Origin: Zootoca vivipara
Taxonomy: Eukaryota
Direction of reading: 5' to 3'
DNA: 64,000 nucleotides
Assembly: GCF_963506605.1 (NCBI RefSeq)
Contig: NC_083289.1
Location: 10,974,001 to 11,038,000 of the forward strand
This document shows positions 25,331-37,100 of the stretch, in pieces. The position numbers were made by a program, and so were the translations under genes. The notes under the pieces are model-generated. The model made no database searches. It worked only from the letters and a program-made list of their open reading frames with translations, and was not told where the DNA came from. Every line of letters begins with the position of its first letter. The first letter of the stretch is position 1.

Positions 25331-25559
25331 ACGCCCAAGTCGCGCGCACGAGCGATCGAGCGAGGCTCGTGCTCCCTCCCACAGCCGCGCCCCAACCCAA
25401 CCCGCACACTAAGCCCCGCCCACGCACCTAAAAGGCGAGGGAGGGGGCGCACGGGTGACAACAGCCGGAGTAGCTGCGCCTCCCACTCCCCCCTCACAAC
25501 CACAGTCTGGGGCTCATTGGTCCCGTATGTTAATGAGCTCCCCTTTCCTTTTCCCACTA

Positions 25560-25696
25560 GTGCGGAAAGGGAGCAGTGGGGAGGAAGGGGAAGTTGCTTT
25601 CCTGTTTGACAGCCCTTGGGTTGCTAAGCTCGCCGTGCTTTACGGCCGCCCGCAGCCACCGCGAGAGCGTCGTGAGGAGAATGAGGCCGGCGCCAG
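25560..25696 (+). other. SENP8: Putative SENP8 exon 1 (5' leader); 5' boundary approximate
   Basis: Consensus donor CAG|GTAAGG at 25696/25697 at the right end of the CpG island. It pairs with the acceptor at 33456/33457. The two-exon structure matches recalled mammalian SENP8. Confidence 0.65.
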
Positions 25697-26661
25697 GTAA
25701 GGTCTTCTTCTTGCGTGAAGTGTGTCAGTGCGGAGCAACGGCGGCGCCGCCGCGTGTGGAATTATCCTGCCTCTGGGGTAGAATATTATGGAGGAGGGCG
25801 ATAGAGATAGAGCTGATCGATGATAAGCGTGCTACGGCGGTGGGTCGCGTGGGTCCCTTCCCCCCGCCGGCCTCTGGGCAGCGCTTCCCTCCGCCCCTCG
25901 GTGTCAGGGACCGTGGTCGGTGGTCGCAGCCTCCGCTCAGCCGAGTGGGGGGTGGCCTTTCGCTGCCAGAACTTGATCCCCTGGCCTCCAGGGTGCTGAT
26001 TTTCAAAATGAAATAAAGTTTGACTTAATCATTCCAGAAACCTGCATGAATAGATTCATGTCCGCCAATAACGAAACTGTATTTTTAATGTTCATTACGT
26101 AGATATCAGTGCATAAGTACGGTAGTCGCAGCCAGTCTGCATTTCAATTGGATTTTGTGTTGGTGATGTTACCTAGTTGTTGTTGCTGCTGCTGCTATAC
26201 TTTAGCTTTGCTGCAGGCCATGTACCTTAGGAATCGCTGTGCCAGATCCAATCATAGGCCGCTTGACTCAACCTCCAGAGCGGTTTACAAAAGATAAAGC
26301 AGTAAAATCAAGAAAACTTCATAACCCCACTTTAGAGCATACAAAAGTTAAAATGCTGAAACAGATTTAAAATTATCTCAACTTTCAAAGCATCTTGCTA
26401 GGCTTGTCTAAACAGGAACATTTATTGCATGTGCAGAAAAGCATAGCCCTCTCCTGCTTGCATTCCCAAACAAGGGAGCTTCTGTATAGCATTAGTAGCT
26501 CTTGACAGACTAATTCCCTTCATTAATTTGTTTAACTACCTCTAGTGGCAGTGATTTGTGTAAGTTTGATCATGTCCTTCCGTATTTGCATTTTTTTTTC
26601 TATAGGAAAAGGCCCCAAACATCGTGCTTGTTCCTAATAGGGGAGGTGCTACAGCCCCTAT

Positions 26662-26969
26662 ATTGTTGTTTAATCGTGTCCGACTCTTCGTGCCCCCCTG
26701 GACCAGAGCACGCCAGGCACTCCTGTCTTCCACTGCCTCTCACAGTTTGGTCAGTCAGACTCATGTTGGTAGCTTCGAAAACACTGCCCAACCATCTCAT
26801 CCTCTGTCATCCCCTTCTCCTTGTGCCCTCAATCTTTCCCAATATCAGGGTCTTTTCCAGGGAGTCTTCTCTTCTCATGAGGCGGCCAAAGTATTGGAGC
26901 CTCAGCTTCAGGATCTGTCCTTCCAGTGAGCACTCAGGGCTGATTTCCTTAAGAATGGATAGGTTTGAT
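26662..26969 (-). mobile_element. BovB (RTE LINE) 3' fragment
   Basis: Remnant C-terminal ORF peptides RWLGSVFEATNMSL and EDRSAWRALVQGGTKSRTRLNN, followed by a (CAA)n-like tail. Confidence 0.88.
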
Positions 26970-27477
26970 ATTTTTGGTTATTTTCTGCACCTCTTGCAAC
27001 TCAGTACATTTCTTAAATAAACTGAAGGTAACCTAAGAAGCCATGCTTATGAGACATTAAAGAAATTCACACATTATGGCACATAAATGCATTTGGCAAG
27101 GCACAAAAAGATGGAAGTAAAAACATATAATCAAGTTGGCGCACTTATGAAATTAACAATGCAATCTTACACATTGCTCTCTAGTATGTATAACTAGCAT
27201 CACGTTCTTAGATATTAGCTTCTTACTGCTTATTAATGTGCTTGACAGGCCACAATAAATCTATTAGCATTTTAAGGTGCCAGAAGACTCATGGTTTTGT
27301 TTTGTTTTTTAACAATAAACAAGCAGTTGGGTTGGAGAGGAGAGAAGCACCCATTTTCCATGTTAATAGTTTGTTGTGGTATAAACTTGTGCGTAATAAA
27401 TATGCTAATATTTAAGTGACACAATACTTTTGGGTTGTGTTTTTCTGTAACAGACTAATCTGAGCAACCACCTATAG

Positions 27478-27614
27478 CAGGCATCCCCAAACTGTGACCC
27501 TCTAGATGTTTTGGCCTACAACTCCCATGATCCCTAGCTAACAGGACCAGTGGTCGGGGAAGATGGGAATTGTAGTCCAAAACATCTGGAGGGCCGACGT
27601 TTGGGGATGCCTTG
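27478..27614. mobile_element. ~136-bp palindromic hAT MITE
   Basis: TIR caggcatccccaaact; 8-bp TSD acctatag. Confidence 0.9.
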
Positions 27615-27829
27615 ACCTATAGGGTTGTGGTACATCAAGAAGTAAGCTCTGCTGAGTTCAATGGGCCACATTCCCTTGGTAGTTATGGTATTATATACAA
27701 AATTTGAAAAAGCATATGTTGTAATAAAATCTGTTAAATCTTTCAGGTGTCACAATACTTATTTTTTCCCTTTTTGTTGCTGCAACCAACAAATATAATT
27801 ACCTCTCTGAAAAAGGTTAAAACCTTAGA

Positions 27830-28040
27830 TTGTTCATGGAAACAGACTGGGAGCAAATATCGCCATTTTGAAACTGGAGAGGTATGTTCCCTTCTGTTGG
27901 CCCTACTTAGCAATCTAGACATAGCATTTTCAACCATCTGCTCATTATGGTAGTCCAAATGAGATGCTACCAAAATATGGATAACTGTGGCCACGCTGTC
28001 TCTGTCCCCAAGGGCTATGACTGGTGCTTTCAACCCAACT
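27830..28040 (-). mobile_element. L2-type LINE fragment
   Basis: Remnant peptide ATVIHILVASHLDYHN resembles L2 ORF2 LVTSRLDYCN. Confidence 0.6.
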
Positions 28041-28789
28041 GATGAAGGTACTTCATGCCACAGAATATACTTTAGTCTCCAAAGACAAAGGTAGACCTAC
28101 TAACACCCTCAGACTATGTGTTTGTGAACACAGACTATGTGAAAACTTGTGTTTTCTGAGGGAGTGTGGCCTGAGCATCCTTCAGAAATATTGTAAGAGC
28201 TACCTGTTAGGAAAGAGGCCACATCTCAGTGTTTGAGGCTAAGATTTGTTTGGAGAAGGTTCCAGGCTTGATTTTGGGTATCAGCAATAAAATTTCTACC
28301 TTGCCATCATGTGGGAAACTTGCTGGGCCTAAAAAAGCCCCTGGCATGCTTCCCCCCCTTGCTAATTGTAGGCTCCATTTCCTCTCTGTTCTATAGCATA
28401 TACCATATGCTTTGTCACATCTCCCAGGAAACTGAGTTGGTGTTCAACAAGGATTTTCTTTAGATGTGGGATTTATATGGTGAGTCACTGTCAAGAGGTT
28501 TCAAGTAACAGCTAATAGAACGAGCAGTGCTTCTTTTCTTTTGGGAACAAATATATGCAAGAGACTGCCAGTTATGTGCTCTGGGAGAAAACTGAAAAAC
28601 TACTGCATTGCTGTAAACATGAGTTTGCAGGTGTTTAAGCAAAGAACAGAATGCAGATTAATTCTGTAGCTGTGCAAGGCCTGGTGGTTAAATTTTGAAG
28701 TTTGTGGCCATTGGCCATCAGCATATCTTGTGGCAGCAAATTCTATAGGTTAACTATGTGCCGTGTTAAGTAGTACTTATTTTTCTTTA

Positions 28790-29960
28790 ACAAAATGTAC
28801 ATAACACTTGATTGTAAGAAAACCTCTAAGTGGTTTACTTCCTTCTGTCTGACCTGAATCTCCTACAATGAAACAGAGAAGAACTCTCTATCTACATTTT
28901 CCATACCATGCATAATTTCAGATCTCTAACATCTTTCCTCTTTCCTCACCTTTCTTCTGACCTAAAACCCCAAAAACGTACATTTCCTCATATGGGAATT
29001 GCTCCACCTCCTATTTCATCTTAGTTGCCTTTTTCTGCATCTTTCCCGGATCTACAATATCCTTTTTTGAGACGTAGTTGTATTGCATTACAATATTGGC
29101 AGTTTTGTTTTTTATTAATTTCATAATAATTCCTAGCCTGGAATTAACCTTCTTCATAGCTGTTGCACACTGGTGCATTTTTTTCTTTGGATTCTCCACA
29201 TGACCAAGATCTCTTTCCTGGCCAGTCATCACCAGCTCAGACTCCATCAGCATGTATGTGAAATTGGAGCTTTTTGACCCAATGTGTATCATTTTACACT
29301 TAACTTCATATTGAAATGTATTTGCCATGTTATTGCCTATTCATCCAAATTGGAAAGACCCTTTAGGGGCAATCTGCAATCTCTTTTTATTTTTAAAATT
29401 CTGTTGTCAGCAAACTTGGCTACATTACTGACCATCCCTAATTCTAAGTCATTTATAAGCAAATCAAAATCCCAGGAGTGATTCTTATTTAATCTTTAAT
29501 TTGTCAATAAGGTTTAGAAGTTCATTTATTTTGTCGTCACTATTTGCCTCAGGTCTTCAGCCTCCCCCGTCCTGCAAAAAGTCAGTTCAGATACAGGTAT
29601 CTGCCCTTCATCTTCCACAAGATGTAGGGCAGGGGCAAATAATTTATTCAGGTTTTCTTCAATGTCTTTATTCTCCTTCAACACAACTTTTAAATTCCTT
29701 TTTGTCCAGCAGTCTAACCACCTCACCAGACTGTTTCCTGCTTCTGTTGTATTTAACTATTTTTTATTGTTGGTCTTAATGATCTTAGCAATATATTCAT
29801 CAAATTCTATTTTTGTATCCTTAATTACCTGCTTGCATTTTTGTGGGTGCATGTTTGTAGTTAAATTTATTCTTCTAATTTGAGGAAGATTTCCATTTTC
29901 TGAAGGAAGTCTTCTTGCCTCCAATAACTTCCTTGACTTGACTTCTTCACCACACTTGGC
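28790..29960 (-). mobile_element. Decayed CR1 LINE fragments
   Basis: Remnants KCKMIHIG...ERDLG...QCATAMKKVNSRLGII and KMQKKATKM. Confidence 0.8.
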
Positions 29961-32900
29961 ACAAGAATAGATTATAATGGCATTTCAAGGATACTCATAC
30001 ATTAGAAGAGATCATTAGAAGAGAATCACAATCTTCTAGGATTCAATGCCAGACATTCCCTTTCAAATCATCATGGAAAATGGTAGATTATTTAATTGTG
30101 AAGACTGGTAAGGTTGATAATTGTTTCTTGGGGTCTGGCCTTGTCTTGAAAGTTGCACTTATGGCTGCAATTAGGAAACAACCTCTTTTGTGAAATGGGT
30201 TGTTTGTTCAGGTTTATTTAGAACGGGTTCTCAAGCTGTAGTTTGTGAACCACCAGTGGTCCACGAGCTCCACTCAGGTGGTCTGCAGGAGGCAGGGGGG
30301 ACACGGACAGCTAGATGTTAATAAGTTAGCCAGCATCTGAACACATTAGCTATTCCTTGCCTTGGCCCTGTCTACCCACAGGTCAGTACTAAACCCCAGC
30401 GTTAAGTGAAGTCATGTGATTTGAACCACCTATGGAATCCCTGGCGGCTAAGGGTGCAACGGGGTTTCTGCTGATGATTTTGAGTAGCTGCACACAGCCA
30501 CGGTGCGATCAAGTTGGTGTGAGAGCTCCTGCGGAGAGGCACAAAAGGAATTTTGCAGGATTAACTCTCAGCCCTCTGCCTGAGAGTTTTAAACCACCCG
30601 GTACCTGGACTTGCAGTGGAGCCCATATCCCCACCTGCAAAGAGAGTTAAAGAACAGTGAGGTCAGCACCCCTTCTCTGAGATTGCTTTGGGTTGTTTTT
30701 CACCTGTGAATATATACACTCAGCATTAAGAAAGATGATTGCGTAATCCACCAAGATCCTTCACAATTTTCAAGTGGTTGGGGGGGGGATTTGAGAATAG
30801 ATAGCTTTGTGTACGATTCCATAAGCCACAGCAGTTCAGGACTCCAGCAGTAGTTTCCAGTATTATCTGCTAGCAAACTCTGAGGATTACTCACGTGTGT
30901 AAAAGGTGTTGTTTTTGCAGCCATAAACATCGGAACCAGCCCTGCCTTTTTTCTTATTTTGAATCTCAAGGATGATTAAGAATAGAGCTGGCTGAGTGAC
31001 AAGTTGTGTTAGGTAACTGTAACTGCTCCCCTTACATTTTATTATATGTTTGATAACACTCAACTGGAATGATCAGTGCCTTGTGCATTGGTTGGAAAGA
31101 CATTTCATTTTGACATACAGTATGTGGAAAATTCTAGACGCTTAAAAGAGTATACAGTATATAAAAAATCTGGTTCCCTGGAGATGTTCCCTCCCACTGG
31201 TATATGCATCCAGTATGTTTCATGTATATCACTTTAGTTTCCTTGTACTGTACAGATCTTAAAAGGATATTGCTTATTTTTTGACGTAACAATGCTTGAC
31301 AAGGTTCACTGGTTCATCTGAAGTAGTAGTGGGTAAATTTGACTTCTATTTGTCCCATAATCATTTATACTGCAGTTATAAGCGTCCCACTTCCTTCCTG
31401 ATGAGTAAATAAACCAGCACATTTGAGTTCATTCCTGCTGAATTGGGTGGGTGCACCCTGGTTTGCACTGAGTCATGCCAGAGGGACAATGTTTGCAGTG
31501 TGCAAGCTGTGCTTTCAGAAGGCTGGACCAGATCCTGGGTGATAAAGAGTTGATATTTACAGAACATGAAGCCTCAAATAATTTCACAGCTACATTCATT
31601 TTACCAGTAAGCCCTGTTGAACTCTACAAGTCTCTGATTTCAGGGCTAATCTGGGGCTGATTAGTACTGGTAATTAAAAATATGCTCTCAAGTTCAGTTG
31701 ATGTTAGACCACCTGTCGTGGAGCATCCTGCATATCAGATTATTGTTTCCTACCTGGCTTCTGCTTTCACTTCCTATTGCACTCTTGCCAACCTTCCTCA
31801 TAATGAGAGCACTCTAGAATCCCTTCCAGTTTATCTGGAAAGACAGTTCAGTTTAGAGAAGCAGCGTGGGCATGTTGGATGCCACAGTTAATATGAAACT
31901 AGAAGTTATACTGGATACAGGACAGGTGCTAAAAACTGCAGCCATGTGTCCTGCACTCCTTAGGTACATTTACACATGGCAGCATGCCACCATTTCCTCA
32001 TTCCTGCGCCATACAACTGGCAGCTTTGGCAGGAATTGAAGAAATGGAGGAAAGGCATCTGTAAGCGTGCAGAAATGTTCTTGAGAGAAGACTCTGCATG
32101 GGGCTGTCATTTTCAGCAGCAGCCCCATGCCTGGCATAATGTCTAGTTGCAGCCTGAAGGCAAATCCTGAAAAAGTCTATTGAATAGAAGAGAAGGCGGT
32201 TGTGGAATTTTTCCTTCCTGCTGCCTAGTGGGTTTGTTAGAAGAAAGGCGGAAAGTTCTCTGGAATTGTTTTTAAATAAAGCATGCAGCATAAGTCCATC
32301 ACTTGCTAGGGTGCTTTCTATAGTGCCATGGGCTGTCCTCTCGTGTTTTAAAAATAACTTTGAATATTTAAAGGAGCCATCTTAATGATCGACTAAGTAG
32401 ATCTGTTTTATTTAAGCAAGCCTTGGTATTTGAATCTGTGTGTCATCAACTATATCACATCTTATTTCAGATCTAGCTGGTAAATTATGCCATAAAACTA
32501 CTTACTTTAAAGTGGTTTGCTACATGTGACTTTCCCCCTGATTTTGCTTTTTTGTCCATCTAGAGGAAGTAGTGTCTCTGGTACTGGCACAAAACTTATA
32601 CAGCCTTGCAGATTCTAGTATTGGTTTAAAAATAGAAGTTGTACCTCATCCCCTCCCGTGGACTGTAATGGAATGTTACTGTTTAGTGGTTTATTGTGGT
32701 ACCTTACATAGTTCTACCTGGCCTTATTTGCAATACTTAGGCTTGTTTCTTTGGTCTGTTATTCTGGTATGTCTTTTATTTAAGTTTATATCCCTCCTTT
32801 CCTCCAAAGAGCCTTAAGTGATATACTGTACATGTCCTTTTCTATCCTCACTACAACCCTGAAAGTTAGATTAGGCTGAAATATGGCAGCTGTAGGTGAA

Positions 32901-33498
32901 CCTGTCCCTTTTATTTTGGTTGTAGCTGAACTAATTGGTTCTCCTGTTTACCAGTTACAAGTATCCACAAAAATGATGGCTGGGGAAAGAATCTCTGGTC
33001 TTTTAATAAGAAGGATGCCTAGCAGCACATATCCAGTCCCACATAGGCAGAAGTTTAGAGAAGGCAACTAACAGCAGAGTCTTCTGCTGTTTGTTCCTTC
33101 TCTGTACTCCAGTACAATACCCTCAAGCTCTCCAGCAAGCTCCCAGAATTTGAGAGAGGGACAGGATCTTCCCTCACCTATGCTCAGGTTTGAGTATGAA
33201 AAGGATTCTTCTCCCACTGTTTCTTACCTTTTCCCTACCTCAGGGAGACTAAATGCTGTTTCTTCCTCTTCTGCATGTGCCAGAAAAATTTGGGGGGGAG
33301 GGAGTTTGGTGGCAATCCTAATCACATAGGGAGGCCAATAAGACCCTCAGCAGGTTAACTGGCACAATTCCATGACTGTGTTGGTCATCTTCGGCAGTGA
33401 GAAAAGCCCAACCTATTTTAATAGTAATCTGTTCTTTTCACCTTTGATTATTTTAGGCATTGGTATTTCTCTGGCTGCCGTGAGTCTGCCTGGATAGA

Positions 33499-34134
33499 AT
33501 GGACCCTGTTGTCCTAAGTTACATGGACAGTTTGCTGAGACAATCAGATGTCTTGTTGCTGGATCCTCCCTGCTGGCTCAACGACCACATCATTGGGTTT
33601 GCCTTTGAGTACTTTGCCAGCGACCAGTTCCAAGACTTCTCTGATCAAGTGTGCTTCGTTGGCCCCGAGGTGGCTCAGTTCATCAAGTGCACGAGCAGCC
33701 AAGAGGAGCTGGCCCTATTTCTTGAGCCTTTGAACCTCCTCCACAAGAAAATAGTGTTCCTGGCCATCAACGACAACTCCAGCCAGGCTGCTGGCGGCAC
33801 ACACTGGAGCCTACTAGTTTACTTCCAAGACAAAAACCGCTTTGCTCACTATGATTCCCACACCAGGAGCAACTCTGCCCATGCCAGACGGGTAGCAGGG
33901 AATTTGGAGGTCTTTCTCGGCAAGAAAGGCAAAGTTGCCTTTGTAGAGGAGAAGGCCCCTGCCCAGCAGAATAGCTATGACTGTGGGATGTACGTAATCT
34001 GTAACACAGAAGCTCTGTGTCAGGAATTTTTCCGGGGACAGCAGCAGCCAGTGCTTCAGCTCCTTACTCCCTCCTACATAACAGGCAAGAGAGAAGAATG
34101 GAAGGAACTCATTGCTAAGCTGTCCCAGAAGTGA
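33499..34134 (+). CDS. SENP8: Sentrin/NEDD8-specific protease 8 (DEN1/NEDP1), 211 aa, single coding exon
   Basis: The ORF MDPVVLSYMDSLLRQSDVLLLDPPCWLNDHIIGFAFEYF... closely matches the recalled vertebrate SENP8. C48 protease catalytic motifs GGTHWSLL (His), HYDS (Asp) and QQNSYDCG (Gln/Cys) are present. Strong Kozak context (agaATGg). Splice acceptor ttttag at 33451-33456 lies 42 nt upstream of the ATG. Confidence 0.98.
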   Translation: MDPVVLSYMDSLLRQSDVLLLDPPCWLNDHIIGFAFEYFASDQFQDFSDQVCFVGPEVAQFIKCTSSQEELALFLEPLNLLHKKIVFLAINDNSSQAAGGTHWSLLVYFQDKNRFAHYDSHTRSNSAHARRVAGNLEVFLGKKGKVAFVEEKAPAQQNSYDCGMYVICNTEALCQEFFRGQQQPVLQLLTPSYITGKREEWKELIAKLSQK

Positions 34135-37100
34135 CCTGCCAGTCTCCAATTATTGTCGTTCTTGTCTTGCTCTCAGTGCCTGAGAGGAGGGAAGCTTGTA
34201 CATAGGGTTTTCCCAACAGAAAGAATGTATTTATGTTTCTGCACTGCCTTTATTCTGCTGCTGATCAGAATAGAGCTGAGTCGTAGGAAAGGTACATTTC
34301 TTCCCTGAAGTGTTGGGCAGTTCTGGCTTTGGCCATTTATCCCACCCCCTTCCAATATCCCAAAAAATTCTCACAACACCCAACTTCTTTGTGTGTGGTC
34401 AATTTTCAGTGATGTCAGTGACATTGTATATTTCTGCCTTTATTCAATTGTTTCAGCCATCTTTCAAAACTCATGCAGAAACCACCAGAAGTCAGATAAG
34501 ATGTGATAATGGTACCAGCCATCTTGTTTCAAAACTCCCCAAAACATTGTTCCTGCTTTTCTGAATAAGGATTGTTGTATTAAATGTTTTGACTACCTTG
34601 AGAAAATTGTACACATCAGTATGATGACAAAGAATTTCTATATTGTAAACCTTGCTGGCAAGAAATACGGTCGTTTCTGCTGTTGAGTTTCTAGCAGTAC
34701 TTCCTGCATCACTTTGATGTGTTTAGCTGGACTTAGTTCCTAGAACTAAGGATTTCTGGATACACTTATGAAAACAGGAGGGCAGTTTTGTATATCTGCA
34801 TTTATTAGGAGCACGGATTGGCTTTGATTCCACTACAACAGCAAGTGGACAGCAGCTTGCTTCATTAATCTGCTCTATGCCTTGTGGGGAGTAAGTTGGG
34901 AATCCGAAACTTAGAAAAGCAGCATACTGGTAACAAAAGGAAGCAATGGATTCATTAGTCCTCTTGATGTGTCTCCTGCTTGCAGTTACTCTTCACCAGT
35001 AACAATATGTGGGGTGGTAGGGGAACTATCCTCAGCTGCATATGACACCCTTCTATTGCTGGGTAACATTGGATTGCTTCCTTCTGTGAAACATGCAGCT
35101 TTGCTTAAAAAAAGTAAGTGGATCTATCCTGTTGGATCGCATACCCTGGTGGGTGGTGGAGCCCAAATGGCTGTATCCTTTGTTTTTCCTGCTAGCTTTC
35201 TTTTTAAAAAAATTACCAAGAAATGATGCCTTAGCCACACATCCTATTTCCTAATGCTGCACAAGGAAACACAGCAAACAAGTTCTGCAATTATTCAAGT
35301 GTGTGATGGCACTGTTGGGGCAGAAAAGCTTTAATCATTTTTTCATTGCACATGTGTAGAGAGGAGGCCTGATGACTTTTACTCCGTTTAGGAAAATCTG
35401 CAGCCAAAAATAAAGAGAATTGGCACTTCTAAGTGTTGTGTTCAGGTTTATCATGGGGGCTTTTGTTCTCTTAGCTCCCTTAAATAAGCAAGGGATGTGT
35501 AGGATACATACATAACAGGAAGGAGGAGGAGGAAGGTCTTAGAGCAAGCATCCCTAGAACAACTGCTCTGTGCATACCTGCTGTCAACCTGCTGTTGTGC
35601 CTGGCTAGAACAAACTCGTTAGACTCAAGCCCCTTCCATTTGTTTATTGTTGCCCCAAAAGAAAATGAGCCTATCTACCGTAGCAGCCTGTCAAAATATT
35701 TGTGGAAGAGTAGTGTAACATAAAAAATTGAATCACAGTGAAAGCAAAGAGTATGAGTTCATTTTTGTAGTGGGGGGGATGTTCAGAACAAATTAAGACT
35801 TCAGAAAAGTTTAATAAATAGCTATATGTTCCTGCACATGTCTGCTTTCTGTTTGATTCCAGTTGCTGCTAATGGAATTATTTGGGATTGAAGAAGGGGT
35901 GTCAGGAGTTAGCATCTTGGAGGGTAAATACAGGTGATGGTGGTGGGATAAAACTTTCACAAGAAATAGCGAAGAAAGGTTTAGGTGACTTTGAGCTGTT
36001 TATTTTGAAATGCTTGACGCTGCATGACATGATACTGAGCATTGGGGAAGATTCATTTTCTCCCATCTCTCCCTTGATACTACAAAAGACTAGGGAACTT
36101 GCAATGCAGTCCTATGCACATTCGCTCAGAAGTAGTTCTCACCTTATTCGATAAAACTCTCTCCAAGGTAAATATGCCTAGAGAGGTTTAGTACAGTAGC
36201 CTTCAGGTGAAACTACTTCTCTTTATATATGGAGAAACGCAAACAATTTCAAAATAACAAGGGCGTCAACAAGTAGAAAGAGAAAGACAAACACTTTTTT
36301 TTGTAAGATTGGAGCTGCTTATATAGTGTTTGTCAGATAAGCATCAACTGATGGTGTGCTGTGTGGGTGGGGAAAGAGGGAAGCAGCAGTGCATCCAGTT
36401 AAGATTGCTCACTGCTTGCCATATGATGCCTTGCCAGTGGGAGCCTCCAGTGTTCAGAACTTAACCGTTTAAACAGATCAACAATGGAAACAGTTGCTCA
36501 GGGAGATTGTGGAAATGCTTGAAGAGGATGCTGGAAAGGGAAGGTGTGAAAGCACCTCTCACATGTTTTAGACATGCAGCTGTATATAGAAATGGAAGGT
36601 ATGAGCAATAATCCCCAAATTCAAAAAGGAAGCCGTATTCTGCCGCTCAAGGTGTCCATCTAATCTGGCCATGTGCTACAGCCAGCCCTGTTTTGATAAA
36701 GGATAAACGTAGCTGACTAGTACATTGGGTTGCACCCAATTTGGTAGGTGTTCGAAAAACTTACATGCCTCCTCTCTAAAGAGTGACATAATGGGGGAAA
36801 CGTCTTTTCATAGAACCCTTAATTTGAAAATCCCAAATTGTCTGTAGTTGGTATCTCATAGCAACCGTTATATGTGGCATGTGTCCTAAATATAGAAGAG
36901 ACAGCTTCAGTGTGTATGAAGTGTGGAATGAGTTGTTTTCCCATGTTTTTTTAAAAAAAATCTTGCAGAGCAGCTTTTCAGGAAACTAAAGAAAGCCTTA
37001 TTGCACAGGGGAATAGAGGAAATGCTAAGGCTTTCTACCCACATAAGTGAAACAACTTTGCTGTTTGGGAGAGTCAAAATCCCACTTAGGTTCCAGCCGA

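Larger units (their letters stand above)
24400..26000. promoter_or_regulatory. CpG island / putative bidirectional promoter (MYO9A <- -> SENP8)
   Basis: Very GC- and CpG-rich block in AT-rich surroundings. GC box GCCCCGCCC at 25413-25421, CCAATC at 25215-25220, ATTGG near 25516. Outward-facing splice donors at 24930 (minus) and 25696 (plus). Confidence 0.85.

Noticed and set aside
24731-26016. Many overlapping 100-150 aa ORFs
   Set aside because: Low-complexity Pro/Arg/Ala-rich products expected from stop-poor CpG-island DNA; no recognisable domain.
26556-27020. 154-aa plus-strand ORF
   Set aside because: Antisense frame of the BovB fragment.
33814-34149. 111-aa ORF antisense to SENP8
   Set aside because: Shadow ORF of a real coding sequence.
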